The translations under genes and the position numbers were made by a program. Source: Eledone cirrhosa (lineage: Eukaryota). Taken from it: a stretch of DNA of 64,000 bases. This document shows, one piece after another, positions 19,631-34,600 of this stretch. Every line of letters begins with the position of its first letter. Position 1 is the stretch's first letter. Location of the stretch: assembly GCA_964016885.1 (NCBI GenBank), contig OZ024741.1, positions 401,760,001 to 401,824,000 on the forward strand, in the 5' to 3' direction. Under the pieces are notes generated by a model. It ran no database searches. It was not told where the DNA came from and saw only the letters and a list, made by a program, of their open reading frames with translations.

Positions 19631-22600
19631 TACCATCTAAATAGTTAGGGCTGTGTATTGACAGAACTCGTAACTGGTAGAATGTCAGACTGCCATCTAA
19701 ATAGTTAGGGCTGTGTATTGACAGAACTGGTAGAATGTCAGACTAACATCTAAATAGTTAGGGCTGTGTATTGACAGAACTGGTAGAATGTCAGACTGCC
19801 ATCTAAATAGTTACGGCTGTGTATTGACAGAACTGGTAGAATGTCAGACTAACATCTAAATAGTGCTGTGTATTGACAGAACTGGTAGAATGTCAGACTA
19901 ACATCTAAATAGTTAGGGCTGTGTATTGACAGAACTGGTAGAATGTCAGACTACCATCTAAATAGGGTTGTGTATTGACAAAACTGGTAGAATGTCAGGC
20001 TACCATCTAAATAGGGCTGTGTATTGACAGAACTGGTAGAATGTCAGACTACCATCTAAATAGGGCTGTGTATTGACAGAACTGGTAGAATGTCAGGCTA
20101 CCATCTAAATAGGGCTGTGTATTGACAGAACTGGTAGAATGTCAGACTACCATCTAAATAGGGCTGTGTTTTGACAAAACTGGTGAGAATGTCAGACTAC
20201 CATCTAAATAGGGCTGTGTATTGACAGAACTGGTAGAATGTCAGACTACCATCTAAATAGGGCTGTGTATTGACAGAACTGGTAGAATGTCAGACTAACA
20301 TCTAAATAGGGCTGTGTATTGGCAAAACTGGTAGAATGTCAGACTACCATCTAAATAGGGCTGTGTATTGACAAAACTGGTAGAATGTCAGACTACCATC
20401 TAAATAGTTAGGGCTGTGTATTGACAGAACTGGTAGAATGTCAGACTACCATCTAAATAGTTAGGGCTGTGGATTGACAGAACTGGTAGAATGTCAGACT
20501 GTCATCTAAATAGTTAGGGCTGTGTATTGACAGAACTGGTAGAATGTCAGACTAACATCTAAATAGGGCTGTGTATTGGCAAAACTGGTATAATGTCAGA
20601 CTACCATCTAAATAGGGCTGTGTATTGACAAAACTGGTAGAATGTCAGACTACCATCTAAATAGTTAGGGCTGTGTATTGACAGAACTGGTAGAATGTCA
20701 GACTACCATCTAAATAGGGCTGTGTATTGACAGAACTGGTAGAATGTCAGACTACCATCTAAATAGGGCTGTGTATTGACAGAACTGGTAGAATGTCAGA
20801 CTACCATCTAAATAGGGCTGTGTATTGACAGAACTGGTAGAATATCAGACTACCATCTAAATAGGGCTGTGTATTGACAGAACTGGTAGAATGTCAGACT
20901 ACCATCAAATAGGACTGTGTATTGACAAAACTGGTAGAATGTCAGACTACCATCTAAATAGGGCTGTGTTTTGACAGAACTGGTAGAATGTCAGACTACC
21001 ATCTAAATAGGGCTGTGTATTGACAGAACTGGTAGAATGTCAGACTACCATCTAAATAGGGCTGTGTTTTGACAGAACTGGTAGAATGTCAGACTAACAT
21101 CTAAATAGTTAGGGATGTGTATTGACAGAACTGGTAGAATGTCAGACTAACATCTAAATAGGGCTGTGTATTGACAGAACTGGTAGAATGTCAGACTACC
21201 ATCTAAATAGGGCTGTGTATTGGCAAAACTGGTAGAATGTCAGACTAACATCTAAATAGGGCTGTGTATTGGCAAAACTGGGAGAATATCAGACTAATAT
21301 CTAAATAGTTAGGGCTGTGTATTGACAGAACTGGTAGAATGTCAGACTACCATCTAAATAGGGCTGTGTATTGGCAAAACTGGTAGAATGTCAGACTACC
21401 ATCTAAATAGGGCTGTGTATTGACAGAACTGGTAGAATGTCAGACTACCATCTAAATAGGGCTGTGTATTGACAGAACTGGTAGAATGTCAGACTGCCAT
21501 CTAAATAGGGCTGTGTATTGGCAAAACTGGTAGAATGTCAGACTACCATCTAAATAGGGCTGTGTATTGACAAAACTGGTAGAATGTCAGGCTACCATCT
21601 AAATAGGGCTGTGTTTTGACAGAACTGGTAGAATGTCAGACTACCATCTAAATAGGGCTGTGTATTGGCAAAACTGGTAGAATGTCAGACTACCATCTAA
21701 ATAGGGCTGTGTATTGACAAAACTGGTAGAATGTCAGACTACCATCTAAATAGGGCTGTGTATTGACAGAACTGGTAGAATGTCAGGCTACCATCTAAAT
21801 AGGGCTGTGTATTGGCAAAACTGGTAGAATGTCAGGCTACCATCTAAATAGGGCTGTGTATTGACAAAACTGGTAGAATGTCAGGCTACCATCTAAATAG
21901 GGCTGTGTTTTGACAGAACTGGTAGAATGTCAGACTACCATCTAAATAGGGCTGTGTATTGACAGAACTGGTAGAATGTCAGACTACCATCTAAATAGGG
22001 CTGTGTATTGACAGAACTGGTAGAATGTCAGACTACCATCTAAATAGTTAGGGCTGTGTATTGGCAAAACTGGTAGAATGTCAGACTACCATCTAAATAG
22101 GGCTGTGTATTGACAGAACTGGTAGAATGTCAGGCTACCATCTAAATAGGGCTGTGTATTGACAAAACTGGTAGAATGTCAGGCTACCATCTAAATAGGG
22201 CTGTGTATTGACAGAACTGGTAGAATGTCAGACTACCATCTAAATAGGGCTGTGTATTGACAGAACTGGTAGAATGTCAGACTACCATCTAAATAGTTAG
22301 GGCTGTGTATTGACAGAACTGGTAGAATGTCAGACTACCATCTAAATAGGGTTGTGTATTGACAGAACTGGTAGAATGTCAGACTAACATCTAAATAGGG
22401 CTGTTTATTGACAGAACTGGTAGAATGTCAGACTACCATCTAAATAGGTAGGGCTGTGTATTGACAGAACTGGTAGAATGTCAGACTACCATCTAAATAG
22501 TTAGGGCTGTGTATTGACAGAACTGGTAGAATGTCAGACTACCATCTAAATAGGGCAGTGTATTGACAGAACTGGTAGAATGTCAGACTAACATCTAAAT

Positions 22601-25600
22601 AGGGCTGTGTATTGACAGAACTGGTAGAATGTCAGACTACCATCTAAATAGTGCTGTGTATTGACAGAACTAGTAGAATGTCAAACTACCATCTAAATAG
22701 GGCTGTGTATTGACAGAACTGGTAGAATGTCAGACTACCATCTAAATAGGGCTGTGTATTGACAGAACTGGTAGAATGTCAGACTACCATCTAAATAGTT
22801 AGGGCTGTGTATTGACAGAACTTGTAGAATGTCAGACTACCATCTAAATAGTGCTGTGTATTGACAGAACTGGTAGAATGTCAGACTACCATCTAAATAG
22901 TTAGGGCTGTGTATTGACAGAACTGGTAGAATGTCAAACTACCATCTAAATAGTGCTGTGTATTGACAGAACTGGTAGAATGTCAGACTACCATCTAAAT
23001 AATTAGGGCTGTGTATTGACAGAACTGGTAGAATGTCAGACTACCATCTAAATAGGGTTCTGTATTGAAAGAACTGGTAGAATGTCAGACTACCATCTAA
23101 ATAGGGCTGTGTATTGACAGAACTGGTAGAATGTCAGACTACCATCTAAATAGGGCTGTGTATTGACAACTGGTAGAATGTCAGACTACCATCTAAATAG
23201 GACTGTGTATTGACAGAACTGGTAGAATGTCAGACTACCATCTAAATAGTTAGGGCTGTGTATTGACAGAACTGGTAGAATGTCAGACTACCATCTAAAT
23301 AGTTAGGGCTGTGTATTGACAGAACTGGTAGAATGTCAGACTAACATCTAAATAGTGCTGTGTATTGACAGAACTGGTAGAATGTCAGACTGCCATCTAA
23401 ATAGTTAGGGCTGTGTATTGACAGAACTGGTAGAATGTCAGACTAACATCTAAATAGGGCTGTGTATTGGCAAAACTGGTAGAATGTCAGACTACCATCT
23501 AAATAGGGCTGTGTATTGACAAAACTGGTAGAATGTCAGACTACCATCTAAATAGTTAGGGCTGTGTATTGACAGAACTGGTAGAATGTCAGACTACCAT
23601 CTAAATAGTTAGGGCTGTGGATTGACAGAACTGGTAGAATGTCAGACTACCATCTAAATAGGGCTGTGTATTGACAGAACTGGTAGAATGTCAGACTACC
23701 ATCTAAATAATTAGGGCTGTGTATTGACAGAACTGGTAGAATGTCAGACTACCATCTAAATAGGGCTGTGTATTGACAGAACTGGTAGAATATCAGACTA
23801 CCATCTAAATAGGGCTGTGTATTGACAGAACTGGTAGAATGTCAGACTGCCATCTAAATAGTTAGGGCTGTGTATTGACAGAACTGGTAGAATGTCAGAC
23901 TAACATCTAAATAGGGCTGTGTATTGGCAAAACTGGTAGAATGTCAGACTACCATCTAAATAGGGCTGTGTATTGACAAAACTGGTAGAATGTCAGACTA
24001 CCATCTAAATAGTTAGGGCTGTGTATTGACAGAACTGGTAGAATGTCAGACTACCATCTAAATAGTTAGGGCTGTGTATTGACAGAACTGGTAGAATGTC
24101 AGACTACCATCTAAATAGGGCTGTGTATTGACAGAACTGGTAGAATGTCAGACTACCATCTAAATAGTTAGGGCTGTGTATTGACAGAACTGGTAGAATG
24201 TCAGACTACCGTCTAAATAGCGCTGTGTATTGACAGAACTGGTAGAATGTCAGACTACCATCTAAATAGGGCTGTGTATTGGCAAAACTGGTAGAATGTC
24301 AGACTACCATCTAAATAGGGCTGTGTATTGGCAAAACTGGTAGAATGTCAGGCTACCATCTAAATAGGGCTGTGTATTGACAAAACTGGTAGAATGTCAG
24401 GCTACCATCTAAATAGGGCTGTGTTTTGACAGAACTAGTAGAATGTCAGACTACCATCTAAATAGGGCTGTGTATTGACAGAACTGGTAGAATGTCAGAC
24501 TACCATCTAAATAGGGCTGTGTATTGACAGAACTGGTAGAATGTCAGACTACCATCTAAATAGTTAGGGCTGTGTATTGGCAAAACTGGTAGAATGTCAG
24601 ACTACCATCTAAATAGGGCTGTGTATTGACAGAACTGGTAGAATGTCAGGCTACCATCTAAATAGGGCTGTGTATTGACAAAACTGGTAGAATGTCAGGC
24701 TACCATCTAAATAGGGCTGTGTATTGAGAGAACTGGTAGAATGTCAGACTACCATCTAAATAGGGCTGTGTATTGACAGAACTGGTAGAATGTCAGACTA
24801 CCATCTAAATAGTTAGGGCTGTGTATTGACAGAACTGGTAGAATGTCAGACTAACATCTAAATAGGGCTGTTTATTGACAGAACTGGTAGAATGTCAGAC
24901 TACCATCTACATAGTTAGGGCTGTGTATTGACAGAACTGGTAGAATGTCAGACTACCATCTAAATAGTTAGGGCTGTGTATTGACAGAACTGGTAGAATG
25001 TCAGACTACCATCTAAATAGGGCTGTGTATTGACAGAACTGGTAGAATGTCAGACTAACATCTAAATAGGGCTGTGTATTGACAGAACTGGTAGAATGTC
25101 AGACTACCATCTAAATAGTGCTGTGTATTGACAGAACTGGTAGAATGTCAGACTACCATCTAAATAGGGCTGTGTATTGACAGAACTGGTAGAATGTCAG
25201 ACTACCATCTAAATAGGGCTGTGTATTGTCAGAACTGGTAGAATGTCAGACTACCATCTAAATAGGGCTGTGTATTGACAGAACTGGTAGAATGTCAGAC
25301 TACCATCTAAATAGTGCTGTGTATTGACTGAACTGGTAGAATGTCAGACTACCATCTAAATAGTTAGGGCTGTGTATTGACAGAACTGGTAGAATGTCAA
25401 ACTACCATCTAAATAGTGCTGTGTATTGACAGAACTGGTAGAATGTCAGACTACCATCTAAATAATTAGGGCTGTGTATTGACAGAACTGGTAGAATGTC
25501 AGACTACCATCTAAATAGGGTTGTGTATTGAAAGAACTGGTAGAATGTCAGACTACCATCTAAATAGGGCTGTGTATTGACAGAACTGGTAGAATGTCAG

Positions 25601-28600
25601 ACTACCATCTAAATAGGGCTGTGTATTGACAACTGGTAGAATGTCAGACTACCATCTAAATAGGACTGTGTATTGACAGAACTGGTAGAATGTCAGACTA
25701 CCATCTAAATAGTTAGGGCTGTGTATTGACAGAACTGGTAGAATGTCAGACTACCATCTAAATAGTTAGGGCTGTGTATTGACAGAACTGGTAGAATGTC
25801 AGACTAACATCTAAATAGTGCTGTGTATTGACAGAACTGGTAGAATGTCAGACTGCCATCTAAATAGTTACGGCTGTGTATTGACAGAACTGGTAGAATG
25901 TCAGACTAACATCTAAATAGGGCTGTGTATTGGCAAAACTGGTAGAATGTCAGACTACCATCTAAATAGGGCTGTGTATTGACAAAACTGGTAGAATGTC
26001 AGACTACCATCTAAATAGTTAGGGCTGTGTATTGACAGAACTGGTAGAATGTCAGACTACCATCTAAATAGGGCTGTGTATTGACAAAACTGGTAGAATG
26101 TCAGACTACCATCTAAATAGTTAGGGCTGTGTATTGACAGAACTGGTAGAATGTCAGACTACCATCTAAATAGGGCTGTGTATTGACAAAACTGGTAGAA
26201 TGTCAGACTACCATCTAAATAGTTAGGGCTGTGTATTGACACAACTGGTAGAATGTCAGACTACCATCTAAATAGTTAGGGCTGTGTATTGACAGAACTG
26301 GTAGAATGTCAGACTACCATCTAAATAGTTAGGGCTGTGGATTGACAGAACTGGTAGAATGTCAGACTACCATCTAAATAGGGCTGTGTATTGACAGAAC
26401 TGGTAGAATGTCAGACTACCATCTAAATAGTTAGGGCTGTGTATTGACAGAACTGGTAGAATGTCAGACTACCATCTAAATAGGGCTGTGTATTGACAGA
26501 ACTGGTAGAATATCAGACTACCATCTAAATAGGGCTGTGTATTGACAGAATTGGTAGAATGTCAGACTGCCATCTAAATAGTTAGGGCTGTGTATTGACA
26601 GAACTGGTAGAATGTCAGACTAACATCTAAATAGGGCTGTGTATTGACAAAACTGGTAGAATGTCAGACTACCATCTAAATAGTTAGGGCTGTGTATTGA
26701 CAGAACTGGTAGAATGTCAGACTACCATCTAAATAGTTAGGGCTGTGTATTGACAGAACTGGTAGAATGTCAGACTACCATCTAAATAGGGCTGTGTATT
26801 GACAGAACTGGTAGAATGTCAGACTACCATCTAATAGTTAGGGCTGTGTATTGACAGAACTGGTAGAATGTCAGACTACCATCTAAATAGCGCTGTGTAT
26901 TGACAGAACTGGTAGAATATCAGACTACCATCTAAATGGGGCTGTGTATTGACAGAACTGGTAGAATGTCAGACTACCATCTAAATAGGGCTGTGTATTG
27001 ACAGAACTGGTAGAATGTCAGACTACCATCTAAATAGGACTGTGTATTGGCAAAACTGGTAGAATGTCAGACTACCATCTAAATAGGGCTGTGTTTTGTC
27101 GGAACTGGTAGAATGTCAGACTACCATCTAAATAGGGCTGTGTATTGACAGAACTGGTAGAATGTCAGACTACCATCTAAATAGGGCTGTGTTTTGACAG
27201 AACTGGTAGAATGTCAGACTAACATCTAAATAGTTAGGGCTGTGTATTGACAGAACTGGTAGAATGTCAGACTACCATCTAAATAGGGCTGTGTTTTGAC
27301 AGAACTGGTAGAATGTCAGACTAACATCTAAATAGTTAGGGCTGTGTATTGACAGAACTGGTAGAATGTCAGACTACCATCTAAATAGGGCTGTGTATTG
27401 GCAAAACTGGTAGAATGTCAGACTAACATCTAAATAGGGCTGTGTATTGGCAAAACTGGTAGAATGTCAGACTAATATCTAAATAGTTAGGGCTGTGTAT
27501 TGACAGAACTGGTAGAATGTCAGACTACCATCTAAATAGGGCTGTGTATTGGCAAAACTGGTAGAATGTCAGACTACCATCTAAATAGGGCTGTGTATTG
27601 ACAAAACTGGTAGAATGTCAGGCTACCATCTAAATAGGGCTGTGTTTTGACAGAACTGGTAGAATGTCAGACTACCATCTAAATAGGGCTGTGTATTGGC
27701 AAAACTGGTAGAATGTCAGACTACCATCTAAATAGGGCTGTGTATTGACAAAACTGGTAGAATGTCAGACTACCATCTAAATAGGGCTGTGTATTGACAG
27801 AACTGGTAGAATGTCAGGCTACCATCTAAATAGGGCTGTGTATTAGCAAAACTGGTAGAATGTCAGGCTACCATCTAAATAGGGCTGTGTATTGACAAAC
27901 CTGGTAGAATGTCAGGCTACCATCTAAATAGGGCTGTGTTTTGACAGAACTGGTAGAATGTCAGACTACCATCTAAATAGGGCTGTGTATTGACAGAACT
28001 GGTAGAATGTCAGACTACCATCTAAATAGGGCTGTGTATTGACAGAACTGGTAGAATGTCAGACTACCATCTAAATAGTTAGGGCTGTGTATTGGCAAAA
28101 CTGGTAGAATGTCAGACTACCATCTAAATAGGGCTGTGTTTTGACAGAACTGGTAGAATGTCAGACTACCATCTAAATAGGGCTGTATATTGACAGAACT
28201 GGTAGAATGTCAGACTGCCATCTAAATAGGGTTGTGTATTGGCAGAACTGGTAGAATGTCAGACTAACATCTAAATAGGGCTGTGTATTGACAGAACTGG
28301 TAGAATATCAGACTACCATCTAAATAGGGCTGTGTATTGACAGAACTGGTAGAATGTCAGACTACCATCTAAATAGGGCTGTGTATTGACAGAACTGGTA
28401 GAATGTCAGACTACCATCTAAATAGGACTGTGTATTGGCAAAACTGGTTGAATGTCAGACTACCATCTAAATAGGGCTGTGTTTTGACAGAACTGGTAGA
28501 ATGTCAGACTACCATCTAAATAGGGCTGTGTATTGACAGAACTGGTAGAATGTCAGACTACCATCTAAAAAGGGCTGTGTTTTGACAGAACTGGTAGAAT

Positions 28601-31600
28601 GTCAGACTAACATCTAAATAGTTAGGGCTGTGTATTGACAGAACTGGTAGAATGTCAGACTACCATCTAAATAGGGCTGTGTATTGGCAAAACTGGTAGA
28701 ATGTCAGACTAACATCTAAATAGGGCTGTGTATTGGCAAAACTGGTAGAATATCAGACTAATATCTAAATAGTTAGGGCTGTGTATTGACAGAACTGGTA
28801 GAATGTCAGACTACCATCTAAATAGGGCTGTGTATTGGCAAAACTGGTAGAATGTCAGACTACCATCTAAATAGGGCTGTGTTTTGACAGAACTGGTAGA
28901 ATGTCAGACTACCATCTAAATAGGGCTGTGTATTGACAGAACTGGTAGAATGTCAGACTGCCATCTAAATAGGGCTGTGTATTGGCAGAACTGGTAGAAT
29001 GTCAGACTGCCATCTAAATAGTTAGGGCTGTGTATTGACAGAACTGGTAGAATGTCAGACTACCATCTAAATAGGGCTGTGTATTGACAGAACTGGTAGA
29101 ATGTCAGACTACCATCTAAATAGGGCTGTGTTTTGACAGAACTGGTAGAATGTCAGACTACCATCTAAATAGGGCTGTGTATTGACAGAACTGGTAGAAT
29201 GTCAGACTACCATCTAAATAGGGCTGTGTTTTGACAGAACTGGTAGAATGTCAGACTAACATCTAAATAGTTAGGGCTGTGTATTGACAGAACTGGTAGA
29301 ATGTCAGACTACCATCTAAATAGGGCTGTGTATTGGCAAAACTGGTAGAATGTCAGACTAACATCTAAATAGGGCTATGTATTGGCAAAACTGGTAGAAT
29401 GTCAGACTAATATCTAAATAGTTAGGGCTGTGTATTGACAGAACTGGTAGAATGTCAGACTACCATCTAAATAGGGCTGTGTGTTGGCAAAACTGGTAGA
29501 ATGTCAGACTACCATCTAAATAGGGCTGTGTTTAGACAGAACTGGTAGAATGTCAGACTACCATCTAAATAGGGCTGTGTATTGACAAAACTGGTAGAAT
29601 GTCAGACTACCATCTAAATAGTTAGGGCTGTGTATTGACAGAACTGGTAGAATGTCAGACTACCATCTAAATAGTTAGGGCTGTGGATTGACTGAACTGG
29701 TAGAATGTCAGACTACCATCTAAATAGGGCTCTGTATTGACAGAACTGGTAGAATGTCAGACTACCATCTAAATAGTTAGGGCTGTGTATTGACAGAACT
29801 GGTAGAATGTCAGACTACCATCTAAATAGGGCTGTGTATTGACAGAACTGGTAGAATATCAGACTACCATCTAAATAGGGCTGTGTATTGACAGAATTGG
29901 TAGAATGTCAGACTGCCATCTAAATGGTTAGGGCTGTGTATTGACAGAACTGGTAGAATGTCAGACTAACATCTAAATAGGGCTGTGTATTGACAAAACT
30001 GGTAGAATGTCAGACTACCATCTAAATAGTTAGGGCTGTGTATTGACAGAACTGGTAGAATGTCAGACTACCATCTAAATAGTTAGGGCTGTGTATTGAC
30101 AGAACTGGTAGAATGTCAGACTACCATCTAAATAGGGCTGTGTATTGACAGAACTGGTAGAATGTCAGACTACCATCTAATAGTTAGGGCTGTGTATTGA
30201 CAGAACTGGTAGAATGTCAGACTACCATCTAAATAGCGCTGTGTATTGACAGAACTGGTAGAATATCAGACTACCATCTAAATGGGGCTGTGTATTGACA
30301 GAACTGGTAGAATGTCAGACTACCATCTAAATAGGGCTGTGTATTGACAGAACTGGTAGAATGTCAGACTACCATCTAAATAGGACTGTGTATTGGCAAA
30401 ACTGGTAGAATGTCAGACTACCATCTAAATAGGGCTGTGTATTGACAGAACTGGTAGAATGTCAGACTACCATCTAAATAGGGCTGTGTTTTGACAGAAC
30501 TGGTAGAATGTCAGACTAACATCTAAATAGTTAGGGCTGTGTATTGACAGAACTGGTAGAATGTCAGACTACCATCTAAATAGGGCTGTGTTTTGACAGA
30601 ACTGGTAGAATGTCAGACTAACATCTAAATAGTTAGGGCTGTGTATTGACAGAACTGGTAGAATGTCAGACTACCATCTAAATAGGGCTGTGTATTGGCA
30701 AAACTGGTAGAATGTCAGACTAACATCTAAATAGGGCTGTGTATTGGCAAAACTGGTAGAATGTCAGACTAATATCTAAATAGTTAGGGCTGTGTATTGA
30801 CAGAACTGGTAGAATGTCAGACTACCATCTAAATAGGGCTGTGTATTGGCAAAACTGGTAGAATGTCAGACTACCATCTAAATAGGGCTGTGTATTGACA
30901 AAACTGGTAGAATGTCAGGCTACCATCTAAATAGGGCTGTGTTTTGACAGAACTGGTAGAATGTCAGACTACCATCTAAATAGGGCTGTGTATTGGCAAA
31001 ACTGGTAGAATGTCAGACTACCATCTAAATAGGGCTGTGTATTGACAAAACTGGTAGAATGTCAGACTACCATCTAAATAGGGCTGTGTATTGACAGAAC
31101 TGGTAGAATGTCAGGCTACCATCTAAATAGGGCTGTGTATTAGCAAAACTGGTAGAATGTCAGGCTACCATCTAAATAGGGCTGTGTATTGACAAACCTG
31201 GTAGAATGTCAGGCTACCATCTAAATAGGGCTGTGTTTTGACAGAACTGGTAGAATGTCAGACTACCATCTAAATAGGGCTGTGTATTGACAGAACTGGT
31301 AGAATGTCAGACTACCATCTAAATAGGGCTGTGTATTGACAGAACTGGTAGAATGTCAGACTACCATCTAAATAGTTAGGGCTGTGTATTGGCAAAACTG
31401 GTAGAATGTCAGACTACCATCTAAATAGGGCTGTGTTTTGACAGAACTGGTAGAATGTCAGACTACCATCTAAATAGGGCTGTATATTGACAGAACTGGT
31501 AGAATGTCAGACTGCCATCTAAATAGGGTTGTGTATTGGCAGAACTGGTAGAATGTCAGACTAACATCTAAATAGGGCTGTGTATTGACAGAACTGGTAG

Positions 31601-34600
31601 AATATCAGACTACCATCTAAATAGGGCTGTGTATTGACAGAACTGGTAGAATGTCAGACTACCATCTAAATAGGGCTGTGTATTGACAGAACTGGTAGAA
31701 TGTCAGACTACCATCTAAATAGGACTGTGTATTGGCAAAACTGGTTGAATGTCAGACTACCATCTAAATAGGGCTGTGTTTTGACAGAACTGGTAGAATG
31801 TCAGACTACCATCTAAATAGGGCTGTGTATTGACAGAACTGGTAGAATGTCAGACTACCATCTAAATAGGGCTGTGTATTGACAAAACTGGTAGAATGTC
31901 AGACTAACATCTAAATAGTTAGGGCTGTGTATTGACAGAACTGGTAGAATGTCAGACTACCATCTAAATAGGGCTGTGTATTGGCAAAACTGGTAGAATG
32001 TCAGACTACCATCTAAATAGGGCTGTGTATTGACAAAACTGGTAGAATGTCAGGCTACCATCTAAATAGGGCTGTGTTTTGACAGAACTGGTAGAATGTC
32101 AGACTACCATCTAAATAGGGCTGTGTATTGGCAAAACTGGTAGAATGTCAGACTACCATCTAAATAGGGCTGTGTATTGACAAAACTGGTAGAATGTCAG
32201 ACTACCATCTAAATAGGGCTGTGTATTGACAGAACTGGTAGAATGTCAGGCTACCATCTAAATAGGGCTGTGTATTAGCAAAACTGGTAGAATGTCAGGC
32301 TACCATCTAAATAGGGCTGTGTATTGACAAACCTGGTAGAATGTCAGGCTACCATCTAAATAGGGCTGTGTTTTGACAGAACTGGTAGAATGTCAGACTA
32401 CCATCTAAATAGGGCTGTGTATTGACAGAACTGGTAGAATGTCAGACTACCATCTAAATAGGGCTGTGTATTGACAGAACTGGTAGAATGTCAGACTACC
32501 ATCTAAATAGTTAGGGCTGTGTATTGGCAAAACTGGTAGAATGTCAGACTACCATCTAAATAGGGCTGTGTTTTGACAGAACTGGTAGAATGTCAGACTA
32601 CCATCTAAATAGGGCTGTATATTGACAGAACTGGTAGAATGTCAGACTGCCATCTAAATAGGGTTGTGTATTGGCAGAACTGGTAGAATGTCAGACTAAC
32701 ATCTAAATAGGGCTGTGTATTGACAGAACTGGTAGAATATCAGACTACCATCTAAATAGGGCTGTGTATTGACAGAACTGGTAGAATGTCAGACTACCAT
32801 CTAAATAGGGCTGTGTATTGACAGAACTGGTAGAATGTCAGACTAACATCTAAATAGGGCTGTGTATTGACAGAACTGGTAGAATATCAGACTACCATCT
32901 AAATAGGGCTGTGTATTGACAGAACTGGTAGAATGTCAGACTAACATCTAAATAGTTAGGGCTGTGTATTGACAGAACTGGTAGAATGTCAGACTACCAT
33001 CTAAATAGGGCTGTGTTTTGACAGAACTGGTAGAATGTCAGACTAACATCTAAATAGTTAGGGCTGTGTATTGACAGAACTGGTAGAATGTCAGACTACC
33101 ATCTAAATAGGGCTGTGTATTGGCAAAACTGGTAGAATGTCAGACTAACATCTAAATAGGGCTGTGTATTGGCAAAACTGGTAGAATGTCAGACTAATAT
33201 CTAAATAGTTAGGGCTGTGTATTGACAGAACTGGTAGAATGTCAGACTACCATCTAAATAGGGCTGTGTATTGGCAAAACTGGTAGAATGTCAGACTACC
33301 ATCTAAATAGGGCTGTGTATTGACAAAACTGGTAGAATGTCAGGCTACCATCTAAATAGGGCTGTGTTTTGACAGAACTGGTAGAATGTCAGACTACCAT
33401 CTAAATAGGGCTGTGTATTGGCAAAACTGGTAGAATGTCAGACTACCATCTAAATAGGGCTGTGTATTGACAAAACTGGTAGAATGTCAGACTACCATCT
33501 AAATAGGGCTGTGTATTGACAGAACTGGTAGAATGTCAGGCTACCATCTAAATAGGGCTGTGTATTAGCAAAACTGGTAGAATGTCAGGCTACCATCTAA
33601 ATAGGGCTGTGTATTGACAAACCTGGTAGAATGTCAGGCTACCATCTAAATAGGGCTGTGTTTTGACAGAACTGGTAGAATGTCAGACTACCATCTAAAT
33701 AGGGCTGTGTATTGACAGAACTGGTAGAATGTCAGACTACCATCTAAATAGGGCTGTGTATTGACAGAACTGGTAGAATGTCAGACTACCATCTAAATAG
33801 TTAGGGCTGTGTATTGGCAAAACTGGTAGAATGTCAGACTACCATCTAAATAGGGCTGTGTTTTGACAGAACTGGTAGAATGTCAGACTACCATCTAAAT
33901 AGGGCTGTATATTGACAGAACTGGTAGAATGTCAGACTGCCATCTAAATAGGGTTGTGTATTGGCAGAACTGGTAGAATGTCAGACTAACATCTAAATAG
34001 GGCTGTGTATTGACAGAACTGGTAGAATATCAGACTACCATCTAAATAGGGCTGTGTATTGACAGAACTGGTAGAATGTCAGACTACCATCTAAATAGGG
34101 CTGTGTATTGACAGAACTGGTAGAATGTCAGACTACCATCTAAATAGGACTGTGTATTGGCAAAACTGGTTGAATGTCAGACTACCATCTAAATAGGGCT
34201 GTGTTTTGACAGAACTGGTAGAATGTCAGACTACCATCTAAATAGGGCTGTGTATTGACAGAACTGGTAGAATGTCAGACTACCATCTAAAAAGGGCTGT
34301 GTTTTGACAGAACTGGTAGAATGTCAGACTAACATCTAAATAGTTAGGGCTGTGTATTGACAGAACTGGTAGAATGTCAGACTACCATCTAAATAGGGCT
34401 GTGTATTGGCAAAACTGGTAGAATGTCAGACTAACATCTAAATAGGGCTGTGTATTGGCAAAACTGGTAGAATATCAGACTAATATCTAAATAGTTAGGG
34501 CTGTGTATTGACAGAACTGGTAGAATGTCAGACTACCATCTAAATAGGGCTGTGTATTGGCAAAACTGGTAGAATGTCAGACTACCATCTAAATAGGGCT

